Assembly (NCBI GenBank): GCA_022605425.2
Contig: JAKIMF020000004.1
Coordinates: forward strand, 868,001 to 932,000
Source of the DNA: Hamiltosporidium tvaerminnensis FI-OER-3-3
Lineage: Eukaryota > Fungi > Microsporidia
Direction: 5' to 3'
Length of the DNA: 64,000 nucleotides
Under the pieces are notes generated by a model that had not been told where the DNA came from, searched no databases, and saw nothing but the letters and a program-made list of their open reading frames with translations. Below, one piece after another: positions 1 through 15,266 of this stretch. A program made the position numbers and the translations under genes. Numbering within the stretch: the first letter of the stretch is position 1; each line of letters starts with the position of its first letter.

Positions 1-1976
1 GTATAATTAAACAACATAAATACATTTATCTCTTCTTAGACGAATAATTTAGATATTAAAATAAGTTGGTATATTTTTATAAATGTTTTCGCTATAATAA
101 TGGAGAAAATTAATCATAAAAACCCAAACTAATATATGAAAACTATATAAAGGGATTCATTGTATATTCTATGGGTTTTAATGATTATTGATTAAATCTT
201 TGGCTCTATTGATATCATTTACACAATAGGGTTGAAAATTTTTTTTTCTGAATTTGAAAAATCAAAGCTATTATCTAAATGAAGCATTTAGCGCAACAGA
301 TCAAAAATAGAACCTTTTAAACAATTGAGTTCAGTTCTTTGAAATGATATCCTTAAATAAAAAATTAGTAAAATTATTGTAATTATATTAAGTAAAAGAT
401 ATCAAAAACTACTATGATATATTATAGGTAATTACTTATTTGAAATTCTTTTTAATAAATTATAAAGTATTATAAAAGAGAATATTCATTTTGAAGTGTA
501 TTTCTATTCTCAGTCTGTATAATTTGAAAATACGATTTCGCTTCTTATCTTAATTATAATCCTTGAAATATATTGGCATACTTGAACCAAGAGGATATAC
601 ATTATGAGAGTGAATTACTTTAATACATCTCTTTTGAAATTTTTTCCTTTTTTTTGACACAAATTTTCTGACAGGTTTTTTAAATCAATATAGCAAAACA
701 TTTCTAACTTAGCATAATATAGCACCTATTCATAGTCTAACTGATGTTTCTATATTTTTACAATTAAATTGTTACATTTTTTATGATTAGTCTCAATATA
801 TTCTTAACAATATTAATATAATTTTTAATTATAAAAATAACTTATTATAGAAGAAGTATTACTTCATAGAGTATAAGTTTATATATCTATGATAAGACAA
901 TAGTACAAATATACCCATATATTGGCCTGCAACTAAAAATTAGATGAATTCACTGATATATAGTTCGTTTTTTCACTGATATCACATATCAACATTAAAT
1001 TATAATTAAGTATTTTTTTTTGATTAATTTAGCAAAAAAAACAGAAAAATAATGTTTAATGTTGACATGTGCTATCTATAAATAAGACTCGGGCTTTGAA
1101 AGATTCTTTGTACGAACGAATTTTAAAAATTTATTTTTCCGAGTGTTCTATTTGTAATTTATAACAGTGCTGTTCAATTAGAGGAATATTACCAGTCTAA
1201 TATTGAATTAGTAATCTCTTTGATCATTTTCAAAAAAATTTTTATACATGTTTCTTGTATCTCAAACTTTTAAATAGTTAGAAAAAATTTTGATAGTTCA
1301 ATGTTATATATTTATACTTACTAACTTTCAATTGTATTTTAAGTGATATAATGTTTAGAAATGAAATATCTGTATATATTATTCTTGTATTTCTACAGCT
1401 ATCTTTTGGAAAGATTATATATCATATGTTTCACAATATAAATTTACATATTTGCATTCGTTTTATAAATATTGATTAAATATGGATGTTGTTGTTTGGT
1501 TTAAGAAAAAAGAACTTTGACCAACCAATCGAATAGTTTAATATAGTTAGAGGGACATAGAGAACTTAAGATTGTTAAAGAGTCACTAATTTAGTAAAAA
1601 AAAATATTTTAATAATCTGTAAAAGACATCCTCAAACCTATCACAAAAGATATTCGTGGATTTTTTAAAATAAAAATTTAATCGAATTTTCTTCATTTAT
1701 AGGAAACATTTAAGCTTCATTAATTTTAACAATATTATTTTTATAAATAAAAATATAAATAAAAATACATTTTTTTTATAAACCAGTGAATAGTCTTCAA
1801 AGAACCAATTTTAAATTCATGTGAATTCGAGAAAATCTGGATGAAATTAAACCTTAAATACGTTTTTTGTAATATTAAAAATTAAATTTACAATCAATAA
1901 AAATCTATAAAAGTTTATTTTCCACAAATAGAAACCAATATTTCCATAAAAATATTTTAAAAAACCCATTTCCAAT

Positions 1977-2933
1977 TTATTTTGTTTTATAATTTTTAAA
2001 AATGGGTAATTGTGCCAAGTAAGTTGAACTTGCCCGTTTGTTGGGATTAAAAACTAAGGACATTTCTATCACATCTACTAATTTTGTATCTACGGATATT
2101 TTTCGTAGGTAATTTTTTATTCCGATCGGAGTAAATGTTTCATCATAAGTTAGGTTCATTTCCAAGGCATCTGAATAGCTTATATAAACTACTTCTGTTA
2201 TTTTCGACAATTGATCTGTATTATTTTCGCCTTTAAATAAGGGGCAGCGTGTATAAAATTCACAAAATACGCATCCCATTGCCCATACATCAATTTTACA
2301 GTCATAAGATGATATACCAAGAAGGTTTTCCGGTGCGCGGTAGTGCCTAGAACAGATATAAGTTATATTTTTCGTTCCATTTTCCAATACTTTTGCACTG
2401 CCAAAATCACATATTTTTAGAATACCATCGCTATCCACAAGAATATTAAGCGGTTTAATATCTCGATGACAAATATTTAAACTATGAAGATACTCTAATC
2501 CATCGAGCGCTTGTTTGTACAGAAATATTATTTTTTCAGTCTCATCTTCAACTTTTATCAAATCATACAATGTATTCTGAGAATATTGAAACAACATATT
2601 TAAAAACCTTCCTTCTTTATTTACATTGGAATAGAAATATTCGATCAAATTCAATAAATTTTTATGATTAATTTTCTTTAAAATTTCCAATTCTCGCTGG
2701 TAATACCGAGAATCAATATACACACGTTTGAGCGCCAAATTTTCATACGAATTCATTTTCTTTACACGCATCACAATACCAAAAGTACCAGATCCCACCG
2801 TCTCTACAAATTTATATGTAGATATTTTCCGTACACCTTTTTTTGTATATACAATCGTTCGGATAGAAGAATTATAATTGCTTTTAAAAAAATCCTCGGC
2901 TTCCATTTGCTTCACTCGTGCTTTATGAGTCAT
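1977..2933 (-). CDS. GSK3-family (Rim11/Mrk1-like) CMGC Ser/Thr protein kinase
   Basis: Motifs [32 protein letters not shown] and [14 protein letters not shown] (GSK3 activation loop). The track start at 2942 is a TTG. The ATG at 2933 is preceded by CCGTA, and the stop overlaps AATAAA. Confidence 0.93.
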   Translation of the reverse strand: MTHKARVKQMEAEDFFKSNYNSSIRTIVYTKKGVRKISTYKFVETVGSGTFGIVMRVKKMNSYENLALKRVYIDSRYYQRELEILKKINHKNLLNLIEYFYSNVNKEGRFLNMLFQYSQNTLYDLIKVEDETEKIIFLYKQALDGLEYLHSLNICHRDIKPLNILVDSDGILKICDFGSAKVLENGTKNITYICSRHYRAPENLLGISSYDCKIDVWAMGCVFCEFYTRCPLFKGENNTDQLSKITEVVYISYSDALEMNLTYDETFTPIGIKNYLRKISVDTKLVDVIEMSLVFNPNKRASSTYLAQLPIFKNYKTK

Positions 2934-3150
2934 TACGGTCAATAATTTTGTTTAAAATAAATAAATTTAAATAAATTTTATTTCTATTTGTACAAATTTC
3001 CATTTATATATTTGAAATAGTTATCTTACTTTTATACATAAGTTTATCGAGATATGAATATATTTATATCTTAAAAATATTGATTTTGTAGATGTTTAAA
3101 AACGGTTTATAAAACACTTAATTTGTATATTTCCTATATATTATGTTTTT

Positions 3151-3270
3151 ATATTCTTATAGATTCTTATAAGTTCTTATGAGTTCTTATAAATTCTTTT
3201 ATATTCTTATATTCTTATAAATTCTTATATTCTTATAAATTCTTAAGTTCTTATTTCTTATGTATTCTTT
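3151..3270 (+). repeat. Degenerate minisatellite of about 10 bp (ANNTTCTTAT)
   Basis: Tandem TTCTTAT cores visible directly. Confidence 0.85.
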
Positions 3271-5429
3271 TTTTTTAGATTCCTTTTTATATGTTTGTAA
3301 TTTAGATACAATGTTATTGGTTAAAATAAAGTCTTCTCTCTCAGACATTTGCTTAATATATCATAGAAAAAATAATACTTAAATCTTAAAAAAATGACGA
3401 TAATAACGATATAATGTTTAAAACAATCAAAAAGTTAAGCTTTTTGTGTAGATAAACACATTTTATTTAAAAAAAATATTAAATCTTAGAAAATTAAGTT
3501 AAAAACAATAAAAAAACATCTTTTTTTGTCTAAAAAATATTTTATTACAATTATTTCAGTTAAAAATTATAAATCGTAAATAATTTTCGATATTGAATAG
3601 ATTTATAAAGTTTTTACAAACCAATTCGAATCAATGAATTCATACGAAAATTAAAGAGTAATAAAAATATTTACAGTGTATAAAAATAAATCAGGTTGGA
3701 CTGTCCAATGGTAAAAGAACATACAATCGAGTATCTAATTAGAATGACAAAGGATTGAAGATATTTATAACAAACCGGACAATCATAATAATTTAAGTTT
3801 AAAAGTATAATTTATATTATTATTTGTTAAATTTTTCAATTTCTTTTTACTCTGTGATTTTTTATCAATAAAATTAAACTCTTTAAAATGCTCTTTACCA
3901 ATACTAATTTATCTAAACTTAGAAAGTGATTTAATATTTAGTTTGATTAAGTAAGTATCGAAATATAATTTTTATAAAAGAGTTGTTTAGAATGATTTCG
4001 ATAGAAACATTAATTTAAATTTCTTAAATTTGTTTATTTTTCAGATTTTTTTGTAAATAAATTTATATATTTAAAAACAGTATATATTGATAATCAAAAG
4101 TAGTTTTTTAACTAAATTTTTAATTAAATTAAAATTATACAGAAAATTATATAGAAAATTACAGATAAACATATTAATTAAATTAAAATTACAGACTTAT
4201 TAGACTTTAAGGTTGTAAAAACGAACTTTCCTTTACACTAATGTTAGAAAAACGACGAAAATAATCTCAATCTTCATTATCTGAGCTATATTTTTCTAAT
4301 ATTTTCAATAAAAATTTCTTATGCTCACCTAGTCTGTTTCTCGTATATTTTTTTAGTCTTTCATTTGCAAATTATTACCCGCTTTGAGAAATTTATCAAT
4401 AAAAATTTAGGCTTTTTTACTGCCTATTTCTCTTCATCTTTTATTTTCACTTTCAATTTTTCAAAACTTCAGCTCGCCGTTTTATATTTAGTCTTTTACT
4501 TTCCACCTATTTTTATTCAATACTCTGCTTTTATTCGAAAAAATTTATTATTGGGAAATGTTTTATACTTCTGAAAAAAACGGTGCTTTTTAAAAAAATG
4601 TTGTATTGGTTATTTATTGTATAAATTCTCAGTTATTTTAAAAAAGAATCTTTTAGTTTAATCAAGTATAAAGTTCCACGTAGCTATTCAAGCAAAATTG
4701 TTTTGTTGAATTATGGTTGAGAATATAAATATAGTACACTGAAGAACGATAGAAAAACATAAATCTTATCATATAATTTTTTATAAATCTGTAAACTGCG
4801 TAAAAAAAATTCAAGCATGAGATATAATTTTTTAAAAAATGAAAACGTTAGAAAATTTAAAAAACCAAATTTTTGTCCTATTCTTGATAAATAATATAAT
4901 TTAGAAGAAAATTTTTGAATTATATTTCAAATATTTTTTTCAACCAATAGAATCTTTCAAATTGTTTAACGATATACTTTTTACTGACTTAAATCGGTTG
5001 TGTAAGATTTCTAAACAAATATAAAGTCTGAATTTGTAATATAAATTATATCATTAGTGTCTTACATTTTTCGAAATTAATTTTACATTTTAAAGCGAGT
5101 CGTTTTCTTCGTCCTTTACTGGATTATAGGATAATAAAGTATATTTTTTTTTAAATTTTTAATAGAAAATTTATCCGCTTACTGTACTTCTCTCCCATCT
5201 ATCATTTCATTTTTAGAAATAATTTTAAATCACAAATTTGGATTAAAACGAATCAGAAATATTGTTATGTTCTTCAAGTATAAAGAATATTTATCTAGAT
5301 TATATCTAAAGAGTCTATTATATTAAGCTTATATCTTTTTAAAATACTCCATCGTATCATTAATAGAATATTTTTTCTAAGGAATTTATAGAAAAATATT
5401 TATTTAATTTATATTGTGTTACTAATAGG

Positions 5430-6812
5430 CTCTAAGTTAGATGATGCAGTGCGTGCGGTGTTGGTGAAGAATAAGATACATCTCCGCCCAGGATGTAAAG
5501 AGCGTTTATACCTTCCTAGAACAGAACTTGGAAGAGGCCTACATAGGGTTGAGTTGCGAAGCGAACATATGCTTCTGCAACTCTTGGATTGTCTGGAAAA
5601 AAGTAAAGAAATATCAACTAGACGAGTAGCAATCCTCAAGGTGGAGAATACTAATAAAACCCATCTTGCACTAATAAAAGGCTTCTTAAAAGTAAAGTAC
5701 AGGTTGGTAGAAGAAGTCACTAAGAAAAGTTTAGAAGAAGCTCAACTTGCAAAACTATATAACGAAATAGAAAAACGAAAACTACATTCAAAGTTATATA
5801 ATGCAAGGAAAAATGAGCTTGTAAGTGTTAGTGACTCTTCAAGATGGCTAAAGAAAGGGAATATTAGGCCACGCAATGAAGTTGTGTTCTGCTATATCCA
5901 GGATAGAAATGTATTCTGGGGAGCAGATGGTGTGTGTCAACATTGCGGGAAGTCTGGTAAGACTGTAGATCATCTAGCAACTAGATGTGAAAAAATGCTA
6001 GGCCATGATTACACTAGACGGCATAATGAAGTGGTTAGATGCTTATACCTACTTCTTCTAAATAGATATAAGTTTAAGTCTTCAAAACGAATAAGGAGTC
6101 ACTCAGTTCAAAAAATTCTTTACAATGAGTATGCAGAGATAAGAGTGGACACCAGAATTAAAACTGATGTTAAAATTCGGAATAACAGACCGGACATATT
6201 TATTTTAGATAAGAAGAAGAATAAGATAACACTCATTGAAGTAGGAATCACTTCCCAAGATTCACTTCAAATAGTTGAAACTGAAAAACTTAGGAAGTAT
6301 GACCTGCTAGCCAATGAGTTGGGTCTTATTAATAAGTGTAGTGTTGAGATAATCCCTTATGTGATGACCTGGGACGGTATTGTGACAAAATACCATAAAT
6401 CTCATCTTAAAAGACTAGAAATACGCATGAATGTAGAGGCATACATTCAGTCTATAGTGCTTAAGAAAACAGTCGAAACAATTTCCTTTGATCGACGAAG
6501 AGGACTTGAGTCAGGACTAAATGCCGAAGAGAGCTGGGAGAGAGCGTCAATGGGTGTTATTATTAGATCAGAGATGCATGAGGAACCAATACCCCCTTTA
6601 AAAGAAGCGAAAACAGAGGAAGATGGTGCAAAAAATTTTCAACAAAAAAATAAAGCACCCCTTATTTCACAAGGAGGAACCACTTTAGAGGAACCGACCA
6701 ATAACATAAATGAAGAGTCGGATTTTGAAGAAGAGACCAAAGTGGTTAAAGAGGTAGAAGAAAACATATAAAAATGGTAAAAATATTTTAACCCAGAATT
6801 TTATTAAATATA
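5430..6812 (+). mobile_element. 5'-truncated R4-clade (RLE) non-LTR retrotransposon with 11-bp TSD
   Basis: Open frame to 6771 with CCHC knuckle (CQHC..H....C), RHNEVV and RPDI..IEV..K..KY endonuclease motifs. Colinear with 58922-60305 and shares its 3' end AACCCAGAATTTTATTAAATA. TSD TTACTAATAGG at 5419-5429 and 6813-6823. Confidence 0.93.
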
Positions 6813-6996
6813 TTACTAATAGGTAGAGACAGGATAATTATATTAAAAATGAAGTGCTTGGTAACGAAAGAGGAGAATCGGTGTATAAATTATTGTTGAC
6901 TTTTTGGTGGGGTATAAACCACACTGATTATATAGGAAAATTCTCTAAAATCTAGAGTCACGACATATTAAATGAAAACAGGAATAACTAAATAAG
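6813..6996 (+). mobile_element. Repeat family A (SINE-like), internally deleted copy
   Basis: Shares GGATAA..ATTAAAAA..CTTGGTAA..TTGGTGGGGTATAAACCACAC..GAGTCACGACA and the GGAATAACTAAATAAG tail with the other A copies. Confidence 0.7.
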
Positions 6997-7063
6997 TTTT
7001 GCTTATAAAAATATTATTTTGATGCATTAAAGAATTAAAAATTAATTTTGTTTGTATTTTTAT

Positions 7064-7218
7064 TAAATTTTATATTGTGACGGTAAATTTTATATTGTGA
7101 CAGTAAAATTTATATTGTGACAGTAAATTTTAGATGTGACAGTAAATTTTATATTGTGACAGTAAATTTTATATCCTAAAAGTAAATTTTATATTGTGAA
7201 AGCAAATTTTATATTGTG
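7064..7218 (+). repeat. 20-bp minisatellite (TAAATTTTATATTGTGACAG), about 8 copies
   Basis: Direct tandem copies with no spacers. Confidence 0.92.
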
Positions 7219-7859
7219 GGTAAAATTTAACTTTGAATTTACATTTTTATCTGGGAAAAAAACAACTAATTTATACTTAAAAAGATAAGAAATATCTACT
7301 TTAAAAATTTATTTATAAATTAGATAATTTTTATGTAAATTATATAAAAAGATAATTTTACGTTCTGAAAGACAATATTTTTGAGAAAAATATTCAAAGG
7401 CTTAAACATTCTTTGAGTTTATTTAAAACTATTAAGTTAAATTGATTTTATTATATAGAAATATTATATTTGTATTGTTAGTGTTTTAAAACATGTACCA
7501 CTTTTTTAGATTTGAGTTTTTGGGATTTAGAATTCTATAGCAAGAAAAATTTCTAGTTGTGATTTGTAAAACTTAAGTTTTAAAATGAAAGATAATAAAT
7601 TTATATAATATCGTAGAATTTAATCAAATAAAAATTGCTTTTTTTAAATTTATTTTATCTCCGATCTCAGTAAATATGTGAAATTGGCAAACCAATATGT
7701 AATTTTTCTAAAAAATAGATCTAATATATTTGGGTAAATATTTTTTATCTGAAATTATTTAATGCTTTATATATTTTTAGAAATAGATTTCCTGACCCAA
7801 AAAAACGATAAAAAAAATAAATCAATAAAAATGAAATATTTATGAATAATACCTTTTAT

Positions 7860-9965
<2,106 letters not shown>

Positions 9966-11164
9966 TCACGGATAAATTTCTTTATTTATATTTTTTTTTA
10001 GAAAATAATAAATTAGATTATCAATGAGTTTCTGTTTTGATTTGGATTTGGCCAATAATCTCATTTTAGTTTTTTTATTGGTTAAAATAAATATTTGATT
10101 GGTTTGAAGCATTCTACGTAGTTCTATTGAATGTCTACTCTATCTTTATATCAAAATAAGGAGATTCTATCTATTCTTTGGTTTCAAATTAGATCTATCC
10201 AAATTAGGAAATAGACATGTAAAAAATATCATTGGAGCAGATCTATTCAAAAGATCATTATTAGATAATTTTGGTAGTAGAATTACTTTTTAATAAGAAT
10301 AGTTTATACAGTTAACTACCTATTATCTTATAAAAAATAATATATTTTTATTTTACTTGTTCTTTGGTATATTTTATTTTTAAAATCAGTTTTAAATTTC
10401 ATTATTTCACTCATTTTATATGAAATATCACAGATTAAAGCTATTGTTTGTATTTGAAAGCTGACTCTGATTAGTCTTTTTTTAGAAAGATTAAAAAGTA
10501 AAAAGAAATACTTAAAAACCCAATTAACTATAATAAAATATTAAGGAATGTATAATTATTTTTAAAACTCGTCATCTTTTTTGAACTTATGAGTTTATAA
10601 TCTTATTTTAAAAAAATATTTAATCTTTTAATATTTTTAAGCGGTCATCAAATTCCACAATTTTTAATTACCACTTAATATTTATTAATACATTTTTAGC
10701 AAATCCATATACAAATAAATTAAAAAATAATTTAAAAAACTCACAGTAAAGTCTTTAATTAGAAAAATTATTTGAAAATTTTGAACACTAAAAATTTCAA
10801 AAGCAAATAAAATTCTCACTTCAACATGTAATCTATACAATAAATTATTTAAAATTCTTATATAAACCAAAATATGAGAAACTCAAATAATCTAAGGACA
10901 TAATATTACATTATAATTATAAAAGCACATTAGACGTATCTTAATTACAGATTTACCGAGAAAAAAGACACATATTATGTGATTTTATTCTTTCTATTTA
11001 GTATAACTGCCAAATTATAAGCAATAGATCTGTAAAAATTAAAGAATATTAAAAAAAATGTAATTATTTTTTATAATTATAACTCACCAAACACACTAGC
11101 GATTTACATATTGAATTATAAAATATTAAATATAAATAGTACTTTATTAGAAATTCTTAATTTG

Positions 11165-11345
11165 TTTTATACTTATTTACTTTTTCCATTCCTCTTTTAC
11201 CTTTCGGTGTCGACGAGGCGCAAAAATGAAAGTTTTCTATCTGTTTCTTTTTTTTTGTAATTAGAGATTATAGGGCATTGGCTTAAAGATCCTATGTGGT
11301 TTTTATTTCAGCAAAATAGCTGTAATTTATTTTATAACAAAGTTA
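11165..11345 (-). mobile_element. Repeat family A copy (5' head partly lost)
   Basis: Reverse complement ends CGACACCGAAAGGTAAAAGAGGAATGGAAAAAGTAAATAAGT, as in other A copies. Confidence 0.7.
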
Positions 11346-11430
11346 ATTACTAATCGAACAGTATATATACGCCTTAGAATCATATGTAAAGTAATTGGAG
11401 AATTACAATAAATAATCATTTTCTAATAAA

Positions 11431-11748
11431 TGTAATACGAATAATTCTTTTAAATTTAAGAAAATTAATTTATAACAAATACAATCTATATAATCTAATA
11501 TTTCTAAATATATTTGTAAGAAGATTTTTAATTTAATTAATACTTAAAAAAGTGAAAAGTTATTCTAATATTTATACTAGAGTAATCGATATTCAATGTA
11601 ATGAAATATAGATATAAATAAAGATTTATAAAATATAGTTCAAATAACTTTTTAGGGATATAAATGCTTGTTGTTAGACATTGAGCTGTAAATTCTAATA
11701 TAATTCAATACTAAAATTACTTAAATGATTTTTTATGATACAATAGAA
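11431..11748 (+). repeat. Left arm of an inverted repeat of about 318 bp
   Basis: Near-identical (roughly 90% or more by eye) reverse complement of 14222-14540. Begins TGTAATACGAATAATTC. Confidence 0.92.
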
Positions 11749-12715
11749 CCTTTGTTGTCAGACAATTCATATTATTGAAAATTAATAATTTAATGAACTA
11801 ATATAAATAAATATTTAATTCCAAGAAGTAAATCAAAATTTTTCTAAAAAGTATATTTGAATTCTAAACAATAAATTTTGTGGGACTAAAAGAAGAAAAT
11901 TGTTATGGATCAAGAATATCAATCAACTACTTGGCTTGCACTAAACAAATTCTCTTCCTCGATTGTTTTTAAATGCTATGTGAATCAAATAAAAGAAGTG
12001 AAACATTTTTTTACCAATAAGATTCATCCTAATTAAAGAACTCAAATTAGTTTTTAAGTCTTTTATAACTAAAAATCACATTAAAAAAGAAATTTAAATT
12101 AGCCGAAATTAAAAATTATTTCTATTTCGTGTTCGGCACTTATAAATATTATGTGAAGGCCATTTTATAAAAGGCAATTAAAAATACTGGTAAATTTAAA
12201 TTATATAATTAATTGCTAGAAGATCTTTTTAAATTATAATATGAAATAATATACCAAAAATAAATACAGATGGCCTAATATACTATACTTATAGTCAACT
12301 ATTAAGATCTATTTATAAATTTATTATTAAATTCACATTTTTTTATTGACTAAATCATTTTTTACTACAGAAGTCCTTTATAACGGCTGGTAAGATTTGA
12401 ATATCTGTCAACTAATAGGTTTTAAAGAATATTTCAAAAAAGACTGGTTCTTTACTACAGAAACTAAAAAAATATAATTGAATATAAATATAAATATTTA
12501 CAACGCTTTACCACTACCAAAATAATGCCTCTATAACAGATTTTAAGTAATATTTGGATCAATGTTCTCAACTCTATATTAAAGTAAAGATTTTATATTA
12601 TTTCACTTGTCACGAAATATTTTAAAAAAAAGTAAAACAATCAAATTACAGATAAATATTCTGTTTGTTTTTTGGGCTACAAATAGATTTTAAATCGAAA
12701 AAATATTTTTTTAAT

Positions 12716-13012
12716 TCAATTTGGAATACATTTCAAACAGAACTTTAAAATTATGAAGGTGCACAGGAATAAAAAATGCAAAACATAACATACCATCATA
12801 TACTTTACCTTAGTATTTAAGTATCGTAAAAAATAGCATAAATATATCATTAAAATGCTCAAACCCAAACTGGATACAGGTAGTATTGTCTTAGCAGAAA
12901 TTTTTTTATTTTCTGGGAGTGAAGATAGTGCATAACAGCAAAGTATAACAAACAAGCCAATAAACATTGCGTATCTAAAGAAATAATCATGTTTGTTCTT
13001 TTTATGTTCCAT
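12716..13012 (-). CDS. Small 98-aa membrane protein, about 3 TM helices, unknown function
   Basis: Three hydrophobic segments. The start has a CCC motif (CCCAAATG, GGG at 13015-13017 on +) after an AT-rich tract. Confidence 0.7.
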   Translation of the reverse strand: MEHKKNKHDYFFRYAMFIGLFVILCCYALSSLPENKKISAKTILPVSSLGLSILMIYLCYFLRYLNTKVKYMMVCYVLHFLFLCTFIILKFCLKCIPN

Positions 13013-14221
13013 TTGGGCTTACAAACAGCAACTTTAATTTTTAAAAAAATTGAACGCAAAAAATATCTATTTTAGATAAATTCATTACTATTTATAGCAA
13101 TTTTTACAAAAATAAATATATTAAATATAAAATGAATAAAATTTTAGAATAAAACGATATAGAAAATCGTTATAATATCTAACGAAATAAATGGAAATAT
13201 TTTATAGATAAATATCCATAAAAATGTCAGCAAAAAATATCATATAAGGCAAAAGTAATAATTTTTTTATTTTTGTAATCAATGATATCTAAGGTACGTA
13301 TTTTACAGTGAATAATGAAATTTGTTTGAAATCGTAAAGGAAATGTTTTTAATTTGTCTATTCCAAGTTTAATTTTATTATTTAAAAACCTAGCAGTTTT
13401 TCTTTAAATATTTTTTTTTGAGTTATGGTTGAAAGACTTCCTAGTTTATTAAATTTGAAGTATTTAAACATAGAAATATGATTTTTTTAATGAAAGTAAT
13501 CAAAATAAATTTATTTGACTATTTTTTTTATACAGAAACAAATTTATTTCAGTTGAAAAATTGAAAAAAAAAATACGAAAATAGTAAATTATTTTGTTAA
13601 AATAATTATCTAAAACCGGATATGAAAGAAAAAAAAATGATCAAAAACCAGTTTTATACGAATTTATCATTCTTTAACAACGAGTGGATTTAAATAATTG
13701 TGTCAAACAGTATCTTGATATATAATAATTTAATATTCTATCATTTATTATGTTTTAATAGAAGTAGATTTGATTTAGAAATATATATTAATAATGTTTG
13801 AATCGAAAAGATTTGAGTTAAAAAATCTAATAAACGATAGTTGAAAAAGATCCATTTTTCAGGCAATGTGAAAAATGTTTTGTTATATTGCGATATTTTA
13901 CCAAAATTAACAAAAAAATTGCTGTGATATTTTAGAAATATTTTCTAAAAATTTACGAAAATATATTATTAAAAATTTCTCAAAGAGTAATGGTTGTAAT
14001 GATGTTAGTAATGATAATTTGTAACACTTTATAGGTAAAATAAACTGTTTTTTTCCTAATCAACTCACAAATGAAAAAAAAATAAAATTTCAGAATAAAA
14101 TGTTCCAAATCTTGACTTCACTATAACGAGTATAACTTTTTTTCTTTAATCTAAATATTCATTAGTATTAAGGTATTTCATTATTAACTTTTATTATTAT
14201 ATAAATTTCGCACATCAAACT

Positions 14222-14540
14222 TTCTCTTGTAGCTAAAAAAGCATTTAAGTAATTTTAGTATTGAATTATATTTGAAGTAACAGCTCAATGTCTAACAACA
14301 AGCATTCTGTATCCCTAAAAAGTCATTTAAACTATATTTTATAAATCTTTATTTATATCTATATTTCATTTATATTGAATATCCATTACTCTAGTATAAA
14401 TATTAGAATAATTTTTCGCTTTTTTAAGTATTAATTAAATTAAAAATCTTCTTACAAATATATTTAGAAATATTAGATTATATAGATTGTATTGGTTATA
14501 AATTAATTTTCTTAAATTTAAAAGAATTATTCGTATTACA
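14222..14540 (-). repeat. Right arm of the inverted repeat of about 318 bp
   Basis: Reverse complement of 11431-11748. Ends GAATTATTCGTATTACA. Confidence 0.92.
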
Positions 14541-14542
14541 GA

Positions 14543-15266
14543 TAATGATGGAGGAAGGATAACCACATTAGAAATTTTCTACTTGGCGACAAATAGTGGA
14601 AGCTAAACTATGAAATCATTGTTTTGATTTTTAGTGAAATTAAACTAGAAATCATCTTGGGTTGTTCCATGGAAGTTGTTATGAGGAGGAGAGGTCTACG
14701 AAATGGAGAAACTTTTTCTACAAATTTATTTGTAGTTTTTTATGTAACTAGATTGCCGATCATGGTTGAATATGTAGGCAATTTTCATGTAAAAGCATAG
14801 AAAACATAGCCTTGCATACTTGTGTTAGAAGACTAAGCGCCTGGGAGATATAAAAAATAAAAACCATTTAAAGCCAGGGGTGCTAAATAGCAAGTTATAT
14901 TTGTTAGTATGTCATTGCACTGTCTAGGTGGACCCCATCTAAGTCTCTGAAATATATCTTAGCTAGAAGTTTATTGGGTTCAGAAAGTGTAGAGTGAGTG
15001 GGAATGCTGCATAGTCTTGGGGGAGCCCAGGGGAGGCTTCGGCCTTTGATCACACTCCATGCAACAGACATTAACGAACTCCGGGCAACTGCCTCGTCTA
15101 TTAATTAGGTTCTACACACCTGGTAGATGAAAGGCTTTGGGACGTAGGTATCGCATGGGTTACCGATGGAGTATTGGGAGCAACTTTTTTATTTTAACAA
15201 TAGAACTGCGTTAATGTGTGAAAACGAATATAACACTTGCCACTATTGTAAAAAGATGTGATACTT
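14543..15266 (+). mobile_element. Repeat family B (about 720 bp, non-coding dispersed element)
   Basis: Colinear over its full length with the reverse complement of 49383-50104 and with 44578-45280. Higher GC than the flanks and no conserved ORF. Confidence 0.85.

Noticed and set aside
5416-6771. 451-aa ORF as a domesticated endonuclease gene
   Set aside because: Its GTG start lies in flanking DNA next to the TSD. It is the 3' part of a 5'-truncated LINE.
7064-7218. CRISPR-like array
   Set aside because: Contiguous tandem units without spacers, no cas genes, eukaryotic context.
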